DNA of 64,000 nucleotides from Macrostomum lignano (lineage: Eukaryota): assembly GCA_002269645.1 (NCBI GenBank), contig NIVC01001476.1:62001-126000 (forward strand), in the 5' to 3' direction. The notes beneath the pieces are model-generated. The model was given only the letters and a program-made list of their open reading frames with translations, was not told the origin of the DNA and made no database searches. The position numbers and the translations under genes were made by a program. Each line of letters starts with the position of its first letter. The stretch's first letter is position 1. Of the stretch, positions 29,385 to 46,356 are shown piece after piece.

Positions 29385-29955
29385 AATACCCATCCCTCTC
29401 TTCACTGTGAGCTGCTATCCCATCCCCCTTCACTGTGGGCTGCTATCCCATCCCCCTTTCACTGTGGGCTGCTATCCCATCCCCTTTCACTGTGAGCTGC
29501 TATCCCACCCCTTTCACTGTGGGCTGCTATCCCATCCCCTTTCACTGTGGGCTGCTATCCCATCCCCTTTCACTGTGAGCTGCTATCCCATCCCCTTTCA
29601 CTGTGAGCTGCTATCCCACCCCTTTCACTGTGGGCTGCTATCCCATCCCCTTTCACTGTGGGCTGCTATCCCATCCCCTTTCACTGTGAGCTGCTATCCC
29701 ACCCCTTTCACTGTGGGCTGCTATCCCATCCCCCTTTCACTGTGGGCTGCTATCCCATCCCCTTTCACTGTGGGCTGCTATCCCATCCCCTTTCACTGTG
29801 AGCTGCTATCCCATCCCCTTTCACTGTGAGCTGCTATCCCATCCCCTTTCACTGTGAGCTGCTATCCCATCCCCTTTCACTGTGAGCTGCTATCCCATCC
29901 CCTTTCACTGTGAGCTGCTATCCCATCCCCTTTCACTGTGAGCTGCTATCCCATC
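29385..29955. repeat. Minisatellite, ~28-bp unit CCCCTTTCACTGTGGGCTGCTATCCCAT
   Basis: About 20 tandem copies. Confidence 0.95.
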
Positions 29956-30005
29956 CTCCCTTATCCTCAATAATCTCCCTCTTATATCTGTACTTTTTTA
30001 GAATA

Positions 30006-30316
30006 GGGGTACCCTGGCGCACTTTAAGCGACATTGTCCCACAACCGGCGAGAGGCATTACTCCCCATTCCGCCGACTCCCCTGAGCAGGCACACACTCA
30101 CACAGGAGTGTACAGCGGCCCCAACTGTATTTATCGTTAGGCATGTACACTTCACTGTGCCTTGGGGGTTGGCCCTCCAGGGTGTTAATTGCCCGAGCAC
30201 AGCCAAGCCGAGATTCCAATTTAGCCCAATTTAGTTGATGTGACTCAACGTGGAATCGAGCCTGGGCCGCTGGCACATCAGAGACCCGCGCTAGCGCCAC
30301 TGGGCTTCGACCCCCC
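30006..30316 (-). mobile_element. SINE family B, near full length
   Basis: Reverse-strand tRNA-like head with B box GGCTCGATTCC. Body colinear with 9590-9940. Confidence 0.7.
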
Positions 30317-31072
30317 TTCTTAATTAATATCCTATAGCGATATTAATTTTATTCAATTCCATCAGTTTCAATAGAGTTTCTGCATAAAAAGTTTTTATCT
30401 TCGTCACTTTATCTTATCCCTGTGTTTACCCGAGGATAAATATCCCAAACTGCTCGCCAGGTGCAATTTCTAAACTTTCCCATCTATTATCGTCATTATC
30501 GTTATAATTAGTATTCCTATGACGAAATTTGTGTAGGAGGCACAGCCATCTGTTTTTGTTTTTTTGCATTGGCGGACCCTCTAGCTGGCGGTTTATAAAA
30601 TGCTTGTTTTCCTTTGCGCTCAAGCTGCTTTCTAATCACGCATCTGGGCTATTAATATGATGCAGAGTTTAACCAGCTGAAAGCAGTCAGTTCAGGCAGG
30701 TGGGCTGAGCAGTTAGTTGAGCTTTTTAATTTCACCCAGAGACGGCTTCAATTTAATGTGGAAAACTTTGTGGCTTGATCATCTACATTATCAAGCCGCA
30801 TGGTTTGTTGCAAGGTCGCTGATAGAAACCGTGTTTGTAAACACTCGCTTTCGCATGTGTTTATAAAATTGCACTTTTTACTTTGGATTGTTATTAACCC
30901 TATAAAGAAAACATTATACTTTCCTCTATACCTACCGGAAGCAAGCTGGATTTACGATCAGTTAAACCAAGTTACATTTTGGCTTCTAGTTCAGCTAAGC
31001 AAAATTTCTCACCAGGCGTTGCTTAATATTACGAGGGCTGTCCCAAAAGTAGTTAATAGTTAGTAGTTAATA

Positions 31073-31296
31073 CACCTTTTCACGTTCAATTTTGAACAAA
31101 GTCCAGTTCTAAAAAAACTAGCGGAAATTCAATTCAGACAATTCAGACTGGGGCAACAAACCCCAGTTCAAAACATTCTGCTACGGAAGCGAGGTTTAGC
31201 CATAGACAAAATTGTCCCCAGTCGGAATTGTCTGAATTGAATTTCCGCTAGTTTTTTTAGAACTGGACTTTGTTCAAAATTGAACGTGAAAAGGTG
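31073..31296. mobile_element. Palindromic MITE with TA TSD
   Basis: Perfect 72-bp TIRs (31073-31144 / 31225-31296) starting CACCTTTTCACG, TA on both sides, CCATAGAC in the spacer. Confidence 0.9.
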
Positions 31297-31382
31297 TAGT
31301 AGCTGATCCAAATAACATCATTTTGCACAGATTTATAGCGGCAACTCTCTTCTTTATATTATCTTTAACATCATTAAAAACA

Positions 31383-31887
31383 GACAATGGAAACAAAAGT
31401 TATGAACTAAAATGTAGCAGGACTTCGACCATAGACTTACAGTAATTCGACAAGCTAGCGAAAAGTAGCGAAAGTACTTTTGATTGAATGAACTCAGACT
31501 TCTTTTTTAGGCTGCTGTGACAGAGATATCTATTAAAAAACTTGGAAAGAAGCATATAGCTTTTAAAGCAACAGACTTTTTCAAACTGGGCTTCAGCTTT
31601 GTTGCTTTTTTCCCTCCTTTTGCTGCACTAAAAGTCTTGGGTGTGCATTCAAGTGTTGCTCAGAGGAGTGTGATATACACCTTTTGGGGGACGGGGCACA
31701 GTTGAGCCGAGATTCATGCTCAACTTTCACCGGCTCATGGGTCTTAGCAGTCATTTTGTAGCATTCACTGCAGCCAGTTACCCGTTTGTCAGCTACCATT
31801 TCGAAATTTTGTTAACTTGTTGACTTACTGTAAGTCTATGGTCGAGGTCCTGCTACATTTTAGTTCATAACTTTTGTTTCCATTGTC
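31383..31887. mobile_element. Inverted-repeat element with 63-bp arms each carrying CCATAGAC
   Basis: 31383-31445 versus the reverse complement of 31825-31887, one mismatch. Confidence 0.8.
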
Positions 31888-31892
31888 GTTTG

Positions 31893-33957
31893 ACCACAGC
31901 GTGCAGGAATGATTTTTTCGATTTATTATCGTGCAGGAATGTCTGTGTCTATGGTAGAAATCACTTGACATACGTTAGCTTATCGTGCAGGAATGACTTC
32001 ATTCCTGCACGATTTAACAATTTATTTTTAGAAGCAACTGAATATGTAATCAATAACAATATGGAAAAACATAAAGGATAATAAGTGGAACTAGGGAAAC
32101 AGTTAATGAGTCTATAGACCTACTCACACCCCTCTCGGCATTTACTCGAAAATAAACTGCACAACATTCGTTTCGCCGTTTGCCAAAATCTTCATCCGCT
32201 TAGTGGGGGCTGCTACAAGTGTGGTGGTCGATTCTTCAACAACCAGTGACTTCTTGACAGTTGACATTGACGCTGATCCGCACGGGTCGGTAGTCGCAAC
32301 AGCCCTTGTAGGAGCGTCGCTCAGGGCGCACGGGTCGGTAGTTGCAACAGCCCTTGCAGGAGCTTCGCTCAATGTAGAACTTGGTGCCGGCATAGTTCCA
32401 GCTAGAGCGACTGTCAGCTGATCACTCATCCCTGCCATGATCGAGTCCCTCTTCTTGCCTCTCCGGATGTATCGTTCTACCGACGCGCTATTCTGTGAAT
32501 AGAGGTGGTGTTTAATAAATTCCTTGTCCATGTGTCAATAAACTTACTAAGAATAAAGAATTGCTCACCTTGTGACCTGTCACCTTCGCAATTTTTTCGA
32601 CAGAAAAGCCAGCTTCATGCAGCTCCGTAACAACTGTAGGTCGCACACAATGCGGAGTGTACAGCTTGGACAGGTTAGCATTCGAAGAGATCTTCTTGAG
32701 CAACGGCCCCAAAGTGTTGATTCCAACTGGTACTTTGGTGTACCAGATGCCATCCGCATTCACTCGTGGTTTCGGACGCAGAAAGAAGTCCTCCTGATTC
32801 CAACCCGGCACGGCAGTAATTTTCGACAAATAAAGCTGGAAGGCCTGAACTGGACAGTGCCTTGACTCCGGCTTGGCCACCATCAAGGCCTGTTTATTGT
32901 CGTCGCAGAGTCGCATGTCACTCGAGCCTTTTACATTCTTTGAGGTGCTGCCTTGCAACTCGATCGCCATAGCTCCGTTTGATAGGGCCTTCTCTCGGAA
33001 TGAACGAACAGTGAGACCTCGTAGCCATTCTCTGCCGCGATTGCCGAAATAAAATAACACATTGAAATATACCTCTTCTTGCAAACGTGTTGGAGTGCTT
33101 CTGTCGAAGTAAGAAGCAAGCTTGACAAGGTCGTCCGACTCAATGGCTTCGTAATGCTGCACTCGACCACCGGACTTCAAATACGCATTGCAAACATTCT
33201 TCACCATCAAATTCGCGCTATGAAAAGCCTCGTGAGCGATGATATTGAGGCCACGTAATTTCATAAAGTACCTGAACAGTGCGGCTCGAATTCCTACGAT
33301 TGTATTCGGCGAATAGAAGCTGCCGTCTGACTTACGCAGAGTCGCATAGAAGTAGCGGACCCATTTGGCAATTTCTTCCACCGAAGCAGTCGCGTAATCC
33401 ACTTTTAAATTATTCTCCGCCAACCAGGCCGTCAAGCGGTTGATCACAGCTTTCTCCTTAGAGACAGTCGAATGACATTCGTTGTCGCGTTCCAGTTGAG
33501 CGGCCAGACTTTCCAATTCGTCAAGGTTACACAAGGTTTCCGGATCCGAGCTGAAAAGTTTCTCTAATTCCTCGCTGAACGTGCAATCCGCTATCAGTGC
33601 AGTCAAATCGTCGCCCGTCCTCTCAAAGTTGCTGGACACACTTTCAATAAACATTTCGTCGCCACTTAATCCAGACACCGTAGCGTAGCGAAAATCAATT
33701 AATGGAGGATTCAGAGCCGAGTCGATTACAGACGCCATAGTCAATAAGCTTTATACACTTTTCTATAAACTCTCCACTCAATTTTCATCTCTTCTTAACG
33801 TTTCTCGAAAACCGTGCAGGAATGACTTTGTCTATGGTCAAAAGACAATGATTTTCCTACACGCAAACTCGTGCGTCTATGGCAAAATGCACTCGTGCGC
33901 TTCGCGCACTCGTGCTTTTGCCATTGACGCACTCGTTTTCGTGCAGGAATATTACAT
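31893..33957 (-). mobile_element. Putative Crypton DNA transposon (approximate extent)
   Basis: YR gene plus clustered CGTGCAGGAAT motifs on both flanks (~31900, 31930, 31984, 33813, 33940) and GTCTATGG direct repeats. Boundaries uncertain. Confidence 0.65.
32142..33738 (-). CDS. Crypton-type tyrosine recombinase (DUF3504-like, ZMYM/KCTD1/QRICH1-related), ~506 aa, two exons
   Basis: Exon 1 33738-32569, 76-nt phase-0 GT..AG intron 32568-32493, exon 2 32492-32142. Catalytic set R (FGNRGRE), K (TSKN), HxxR (HCVR), H (TGHK) and Y (SVERY, supplied by exon 2). Also CPVQAFQLYLSK and WY..VPVGINTL. Confidence 0.9.
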
Positions 33958-34154
33958 TGTTTTTAATGATGTTAAAGATAATATAAAGAAGAGAGTTGCC
34001 GCTATGAATCTGTGCAAAATGATGTTATTTGGATCAGCAGAACAAGAGATATAGTGAAAAGTATAAGTTACTTTTGGGACAGCCCTCGTATCTTTAAACC
34101 CGCCAACGTAGTAGATAAGCAAAAAGTCTATAACTTCCCTGTAGATAAGAAGTA

Positions 34155-34825
34155 TAGTCTCTAAACCGTGCTGTAGATAGATATCTGGTCTCTAAACCGT
34201 GCTGTAGATAGATGACTGGTCTCTAAACCGTGCTGTAGATAGATATCTGGTCTCTAAACCGTGCTGTAGATAGATGACTGGTCTCTAAACCGTACTGTAG
34301 ATAGATATCTGGTCTCTAAACCGTGCTGTAGATAGATGGCTGGTCTCTAAACCGTGCTGTAGATAGATGTCTGGTCTCTAAACCGTGCTGTAGATAGATG
34401 TCTGGTCTCTAAACTGTGCTGGAGATAGATGTCTGGTCTCTAAACTGTGCTGTAGATAGATATCTGGTCTCTAAACCGTGCTGTAGATAGATGACTGGTC
34501 TCTAAACCGTACTGTAGATAGATATCTGGTCTCTAAACCGTGCTGTAGATAGATGGCTGGTCTCTAAACCGTGCTGTAGATAGATGTCTGGTCTCTAAAC
34601 TGTGCTGTAGATAGATGTCTGGTCTCTAAACTGTGCTGTAGATAGATATCTGGTCTCTAAACCGTGCTGTAGATATATGTCTGGTCTCTAAACTGTGCTG
34701 TAGATAGATGTCTGGTCTCTAAACCTTGCTGTAGATAGATGTCTGGTCTCTAAACTGTGCTGTAGATAGATGTCTGGTCTCTAAACTGTGCTGTAGATAG
34801 ATGTCTGGTCTCTAAACCGTGCTGC
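34155..34825. repeat. Minisatellite, 31-bp unit CTGGTCTCTAAACCGTGCTGTAGATAGATRT
   Basis: About 21 copies. Confidence 0.95.
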
Positions 34826-35112
34826 AAAACTTCAGTCACTTAACCACTTATAGGTCGTCTTCTAGATTCTACAATTAAAATCATAGTTAGGGCACAGCGC
34901 GTTATGATTGGTGCCCAGACCTCAAATTTTGTATTCCATATTGGCATCCTCCCTAACAGTACTCGTAGAGCTACCAATATCCGTGTTGCTACGGCTATTG
35001 ATATTTTGGCACCATTGACAAGCTCTGTGTCAAAATTGTGGCCAACCAAAAAAGTGCACCCAGAACTTAAAATTCATGTTGCAGCTTTGGAACTGCGCCT
35101 ATAAAATAAAGC

Positions 35113-36477
<1,365 letters not shown>

Positions 36478-37123
36478 TCAGAGCACTGCGTGTAAGCTTG
36501 GGCCACATTGAACTGCAAGTTCATAAATTCAAGATGTCATATAATTGTACTTTAATCGTAATTTGTTAAGGCGTTCTAGTTTCAATTAGACTAGAGTACA
36601 CAGATGGACTTCTTGAGCAGGTGAAATAAGATTAGCATCTGGATTTAGGCGATATCTATTAGTATTATTTATAGTATTACTTATTTATTTACCTGGTATT
36701 TAATGCAATACATTAGGCCTTGTTTCTAGTTTAATTTGTACACAAAAACAATAGTGTACTTTTATTCATATATTTTCTCTCCTTTGATTCCTTCTGTTAA
36801 TAAAGCTAATATGGTATGTTAAACTAGCTTTTGCTTTAATTATTGGTGTCTTGTCTGTGTCTTCTTCTGCCCTGTGCTGCGGCTGTTGAACCGGATTTCC
36901 TCATCACGCAAGCTGCAAATTCTCTGTCTGTCAGTTCCCTGTCAGACCTGTTGGTTTTATTTGACTAGTCAGGCAGACTTATCTAATAGGAGAGATGTAG
37001 GATATAGTTGTGAAAGGTCACACTTCTCAGTCAGTTACACAGCGGATTTCGATTTTTTCCTCTGCTTTCTTAGAAACTAAATTGACATTTGCAAGCTGAT
37101 TCGATTTTTTGAAGAACGAATAA

Positions 37124-37815
37124 TATAGCATTTTCAAGCCAATTGAGCCTAGCAGCAAGCAATTTAATCCTTAGTGGGAAAATCAAGCTATTGAAGACTT
37201 GCTTTTCATTGTCTATGGCCCGAAAGGGGGTCTGTGGAGCAATCAATTTGAGAATTTGGGCGCGCTATTAATCCTTTCCACAGTTGCGCAAGCCATGGAC
37301 CATAGACAATAACAGATTTCATTAGACAAACATACATATGGCTTAATTGCCATCTTCGGTTTGCGTAGGAGGCAACGGCTGAGATCACAGTAGCCAAATG
37401 CGGTGGCTGGTTTCGGCAGATGCTTCGCTTCATTCCGCGCTGCTTAAACGAGGAAGAAACTCTCTGAACATTGATCGGGTTTGATTTCAATCTGTCCAAC
37501 ACTGTTTTGAGACACTATTGTTCTCGGCTTATACTGTATTCCATGGCTTTGCCTTTGTCTGATTTGATTGGTTTCTCTGAAATCAAAGTGTTAATGTCAA
37601 TCGGTTTTTGATATGCCATCTATTTGCAGACGTTATTTCAGTGAAGTTTTTCGTGAAGGATATACGAGCACTGTGAAAAGGATTAATTGCGCGCCCAGAT
37701 TCTCAAATTGGACTGCTCCATAGACCCCTTTTTGGGCCATAGACAGTGAAAAACAAGTCTTCAATAGCTTGATTCTCCCCATAAGGATTAAACAATTGGC
37801 TTGGAAAATGCTATA
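37124..37815. mobile_element. Element with ~150-bp imperfect TIRs carrying paired GTCTATGG-like motifs
   Basis: 37124-37285 aligns to the reverse complement of 37670-37815 (AATCAAGCTATTGAAGACTTG.TTTTCA.TGTCTATGGCCC). Confidence 0.75.
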
Positions 37816-38004
37816 CTTCTGGTGGCCGAATTAACATATAAAAGGAGTATAGATTCTTTGCAGTGAACTTGCTAAATAAGCCGATTAACCCCGGGGCTCA
37901 GACCATAGACTATAGCTTCTGCTGCTCTCAAGCAGTAGCAGCTGGTGGCTGTGGCCTAAACCCATGAGTTTTCGGGGCCTGGGAGACAGCCGGTAATATT
38001 CATT

Positions 38005-38163
38005 AGCAAATGCAACGGGCAGAGCACAATCCCTGGTTCGATTGGGGTGCACTAAATTTTGCTACGGGTTGTCTCGTGCGATTCACACCCATGATGGCCA
38101 ACCCCCAAGGCACAGAGTGTACATGCCTGACGATTAGACAGTCCGAGCCGCTGTACACCCTGT
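38005..38163 (+). mobile_element. SINE family B, partial
   Basis: GGTTCGATT then CCCCCAAGGCACAGAGTGTACATGCCTGACGATTAGACAGTC, as at 7960-8020. Confidence 0.7.
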
Positions 38164-38614
38164 TACGTTGCTCTCCAGCAGCAATGATTATTATTGATAC
38201 GAACCTCTGCGTACACTCATTAAGCTTTCACTCTGTAGGTATCAGGTTGTTCCTATTGTGTATTAGAAGTTAATGACTCGCTTCTGTGTGCTTATTTTGC
38301 TTATTTATTATATGATTTCCTATTTATTTCGATTGAATAGATCCATATATTGCAGACAATAGATATGGGTGTTGGTTGGCTCTAATCAGTGTTTGTTTTA
38401 TCTATTTATGTTACATTCTTCTCAGACATTCTATTCTATTATATACTAAGCCTATGTAAAAGATATAGTATTTAGCTCGTACAGCGTCTATGCCTTGTGC
38501 TATCGTATTGTTCACTGGTTTATTGCTGTGTTCAGAAATAAAAATACTTGTTATGGCTTCGGTCTGATACTGTACATGTATGTTGCTCTTTATTTATTTG
38601 TTGATTTTTGTGTA

Positions 38615-39170
38615 CCGGTAGGGGTGCACTAGATCCTCGTAGGGGTATACTAGCTACCGGTAGGGGTGCACTAGATACTCGTAGGGGTGCACTAGATACT
38701 GGTAGGGGTGAACTAGATACTGCTAGGGGTGAACTAGCTACTGGTAGGGGTGAACTAGATACTGGTAGGGGTGTACTAGATACTGGTAGGAGTGTACTAG
38801 ATACTCGTAGGAGTGCACTAGATACTGTTAGGGGTGAACTAGATACTGGTAGGGGTGAACTAGCTACTGGTAAGGGTGTACTAGCTACTGGTAAGGGTGT
38901 ACTAGCTACTGGTAGGGGTGAACTAGCTACTGGTAGGGGTGTACTAGCTACTGGTAGGGGTGTACTAGCTACTGGTAGGGGTGAACTAGCTACTGGTAGG
39001 GGTGTACTAGCTACTGGTAGGGGTGTACTAGCTACTGGTAGGGGTGAACTAGCTACTGGTAGGGGTGTACTAGATACTGGTAGGGGTGTACTAGCTACTG
39101 GTAGGGGTGTACTAGCTATTGGTAGGGTGAACTAGCTACTGGTAGGGGTGTACTAGCTACTGGTAGGGTA
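38615..39170. repeat. Minisatellite, 21-bp unit GGTAGGGGTGTACTAGCTACT
   Basis: About 26 copies. Confidence 0.95.
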
Positions 39171-39213
39171 CTTAAAATTTAAAATATAACACGCATATTA
39201 TCAACTACAGCTA

Positions 39214-41710
<2,497 letters not shown>

Positions 41711-42080
41711 CTAACTTACTATATAAGAGTGTTCTGTGTATACTCTAGCGTTTGGATCACTGCGCTATCACTCTAGATATCCAGATCCTCAGTGGCTGGG
41801 CCACCGCAACACCCTCCCAGATGCTCAGTATGAAATTTCTATTCTTATGTTTTTAGATTTATCTCTCAGAACTTAATTTATTTTGTACATTTAGATTCCA
41901 TTGCAGATCTTTCCAACAATCGTCCAATATGATATAATATTTCTCTAATGATATTTTGTTTAGATTTGTACAAACAGCCAAGTTGCCCAATTGCTGATCA
42001 AGTTCCTCCGCCTTTTAAAAATTAAATTTACTGTTTAATAATTCATTATTCAAGTTTGAATACTCGAGAAATATTGTGCT

Positions 42081-42425
42081 TAGGGGTGTTCGGGAAGGCC
42101 ATTTTTCGGCGTTCGGGGTTAACCCCAAACTCGAATCCCAAAAACCCTGACGTGCGCGAACTTACTTAACTGAGTCAGGGGATCAGGCACCGAGGGAGCG
42201 TAAAAATGTGTTTGCACATCTTTTATGTCATGAAGTACGGTTTCTCTATCCAGTCTGACCCTCTGGTTAGTTCACAAATTTGAAATTTCCTTTTATTTCT
42301 CTCGGCGCATATGGAGTATAAAATGCAAAATTACTCATTTCTAACGATTTTTTGTAGTTTCATGGTTATTCAGAAAATTTGATAAAAAACCCCGAAATCC
42401 ATGACTTGAACCCCGAACACCGCTA
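42081..42425. mobile_element. Possible MITE with 14-bp TIR
   Basis: TAGGGGTGTTCGGG / CCCGAACACCGCTA (1 mismatch). TSD not convincing. Confidence 0.4.
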
Positions 42426-42496
42426 TGTGCCACTGACTGTTTCAAGGTTTTTTATTACTTTAGGTCTTTTTGCAGGTTTTGCGACAAAACAATTTT

Positions 42497-43570
42497 GTGT
42501 CAGCTCAGCTCATCTGACAGGACTGGTTTGTGTCAGCTCGTCTGACAGGACTGGTTTGTGTCAGCTCGTCTGACAGGACTGGTTTGTGTCAGCTCATCTG
42601 ACAGGACTGGTTTGTGTCAGCTCGTCTGACAAGACTGGTTTGTGTCAACTCGTCTGACAGGACTGGTTTGTGTCAGTTCGTCTGACAGGACTGGTTTGTG
42701 TCAGCTCGTCTGACAGGACTGGTTTGTGTCAGCTCGTCTGACAGGACTGGTTTGTGTCAGCTCGTCTGACAGGACTGGTTTGTGTCAGCTCGTCTGACAG
42801 GACTGGTTTGTGTCAGCTCGTCTGACAGGACTGGTTTGTGTCAACTCATCAGACAGGACTGATTTGTGTCAGTTCATCTGACAGGACTGATTTGTGTCAG
42901 TTCATCTGACAGGACTGGTTTGTGTCAGCTCGTCTGACAGGACTGGTTTGTGTCAGCTCGTCTGACAGGACTGGTTTGTGTCAGTTCGTCTGACAGGACT
43001 GGTTTGTGTCAGCTCGTCTGACAGGACTGATTTGTGTCAGTTCATCTGACAGGACTGGTTTGTGTCAGCTCGTCTGACAGGACTGATTTGTGTCAGTTCA
43101 TCTGACAGGACTGGTTTGTGTCAGTTCGTCTGACAGGACTGGTTTGTGTCAGCTCGTCTGACAGGACTGATTTGTGTCAGTTCATCTGACAGGACTGGTT
43201 TGTGTCAGCTCGTCTGACAGGACTGATTTGTGTCAGTTCATCTGACAGGACTGGTTTGTGTCAGCTCGTCTGACAGGACTGGTTTGTGTCAGCTCGTCTG
43301 ACAGGACTGATTTGTGTCAGCTCGTCTGACAGGACTGGTTTGTTTCAGCTCGTCTGACAGGACTGGTTTGTGTCAGCTCGTCTGACAGGACTGGTTTGTG
43401 TCAGTTCATCTGACAGGACTGGTTTGTGTCAGCTCGTCTGACAGGACTGGTTTGTGTCAGCTCGTCTGACAGGACTGGTTTGTGTCAGCTCGTCTGACAA
43501 AACTGGTTTTGTGTCAGTTTATCTGACAGGCTTTGTGTCAGCTCATCTGACAGCGGGTTTCTGTCAGCTG
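42497..43570. repeat. Minisatellite, 28-bp unit TCTGACAGGACTGGTTTGTGTCAGCTCG
   Basis: About 37 copies. Each unit contains inverted CTGACA/TGTCAG. Confidence 0.95.
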
Positions 43571-44329
43571 ATCTGCTCTTCCATTGCGTGTTTATATATC
43601 CCAGCCAACGCGACAATATAGAATACCATACTGTGAGAGGCCAAAAGGATACGTGTATCATGCGCCATACCTATAGTGTGTTTTTATCATTTTAAATGCT
43701 TCATTGATTCTAACCAGTTTTTTCTGCTCTATTTTACGAGCTTTGCCCCATAAAAAGTTTGAATTTTAGGCCTTTTTATTATCAACGATACGTTTGTGAA
43801 TTTTAACACTTTAAATCAAATTCTATTGTTTAACAATAAATAAATATAGAATTAAAATTTCTGCTTTCAGCCTTATTTTCACTACGCAGATATATATATT
43901 CATCCAAATTTTGTTGACGAATTCGCTCAGTCAATTTTGCCGATATGTTGCGTAGTAAACTTTGTAGATAGGGCACTTCCCCGCACTTTCTTAGGCTTTG
44001 AAATCTACGATTCATTTTTTAATCATTGATTTTGGAAAGTAACGTCAGGACGTTGCATTAAAGAAAACAATCTTTAAAACTTAAATGAATATCAGCTTTA
44101 AATCATAAGGAAACCGCTCCGTGTGCGTTTTGGATTCGCCGATATGTAGCGTAGAACACTTTCTTTGGCGTTAAAAAATGTATTCACTTTTATAGCTGAC
44201 GAATGCGTCATTAAATAGACAGATTTGCAAGAAAAAATAATGAGGTGCATCTTCCTCACTGACTAGCGAGGTCTAAAAATAATTTGTTGAAATTTTCGAT
44301 TTCGAATTTAGTTTTGTAAAAAAGTAATC

Positions 44330-44421
44330 TCCGGTGAGGCGGATTTGAACCACCGACCTAAGGATCGCTGCTTTATTTGCACTTCTACAGTCCTCCGCTC
44401 TACCAACTGAGCTATCACCGG
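44330..44421 (-). tRNA. tRNA-Tyr(GTA) with 19-nt intron
   Basis: CCGGTGATAGCTCAGTTGGTAGAGCGGAGGACTGTAG[aagtgcaaataaagcagcg]ATCCTTAGGTCGGTGGTTCAAATCCGCCTCACCGGA. Perfect acceptor stem, A and B boxes, T6 terminator downstream. Confidence 0.96.
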
Positions 44422-45158
44422 CTCAGCTGAGGGTACAGTCTGGTTACCTTAAATAGAGCCAGTCTAACGGGTAGCGGTAGCCAATTAATTTAATTAAAAA
44501 TTTGCCAACTAGGAATCATGCATCAATAGGCGATCTCTTATTCCTATATAATTCCTATATATAAGCTAGCTTGGGGCCGGTTTGAATTAAATCAGTAGAT
44601 TGATTTGAACAATCTTGGGCCGCGGAGCTATTAGCGATAATCCGAACCGTCCTTTTCTTTGTTCTAAGATAGATTAATCTGCATCCAATGTTGACATGTT
44701 GATTGTTTGATTGCACAATCAATGGTTTATCGTTTGATGTTAACCCTGTAACGTTTTTTAAATAAAAGCATCTATTTCCTTCAGCAGATGCACTGATAGC
44801 TCAGCCAGTATTTGCTAAATTAAAATATCAGCTACCTGTCTGCGCGGGTAAAATAAACTGACAATGCCACTCTGATCTTTTTGTTTTTTATCAAACAAAA
44901 CTGACTGCTTTTAGAAAGATAGAAGACAAAAAGCATGCAATTGTTTCCTCTGGCCGATTGTGTGAATGCATGCTAGTGTGCTCTACCTGTCTGTGTTATG
45001 CTAAATCAATCATGTGACTTGATTCTCATTTTCAAGAACTACGAGTCCGCTATATGATAGAAAAAGTACCGTTCGACACTTTGAATTCTGCGATGTCTGT
45101 ACATGGCGATCTGTTGCAGTTGCTATGGCAACGAAAAACAATAACTTTTTTCTCATTA

Positions 45159-46335
<1,177 letters not shown>

Positions 46336-46356
46336 ACTAGACTAACTAAATTATGC

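Larger units (their letters stand above)
31032..34088. mobile_element. Tc1/mariner-type long-TIR shell with TA TSD enclosing nested elements
   Basis: Perfect 20-bp TIR CGAGGGCTGTCCCAAAAGTA (31032-31051 / 34069-34088), flanked by TA on both sides. Inner 81-bp arms 31302-31382 / 33958-34038 with one mismatch. Confidence 0.8.
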
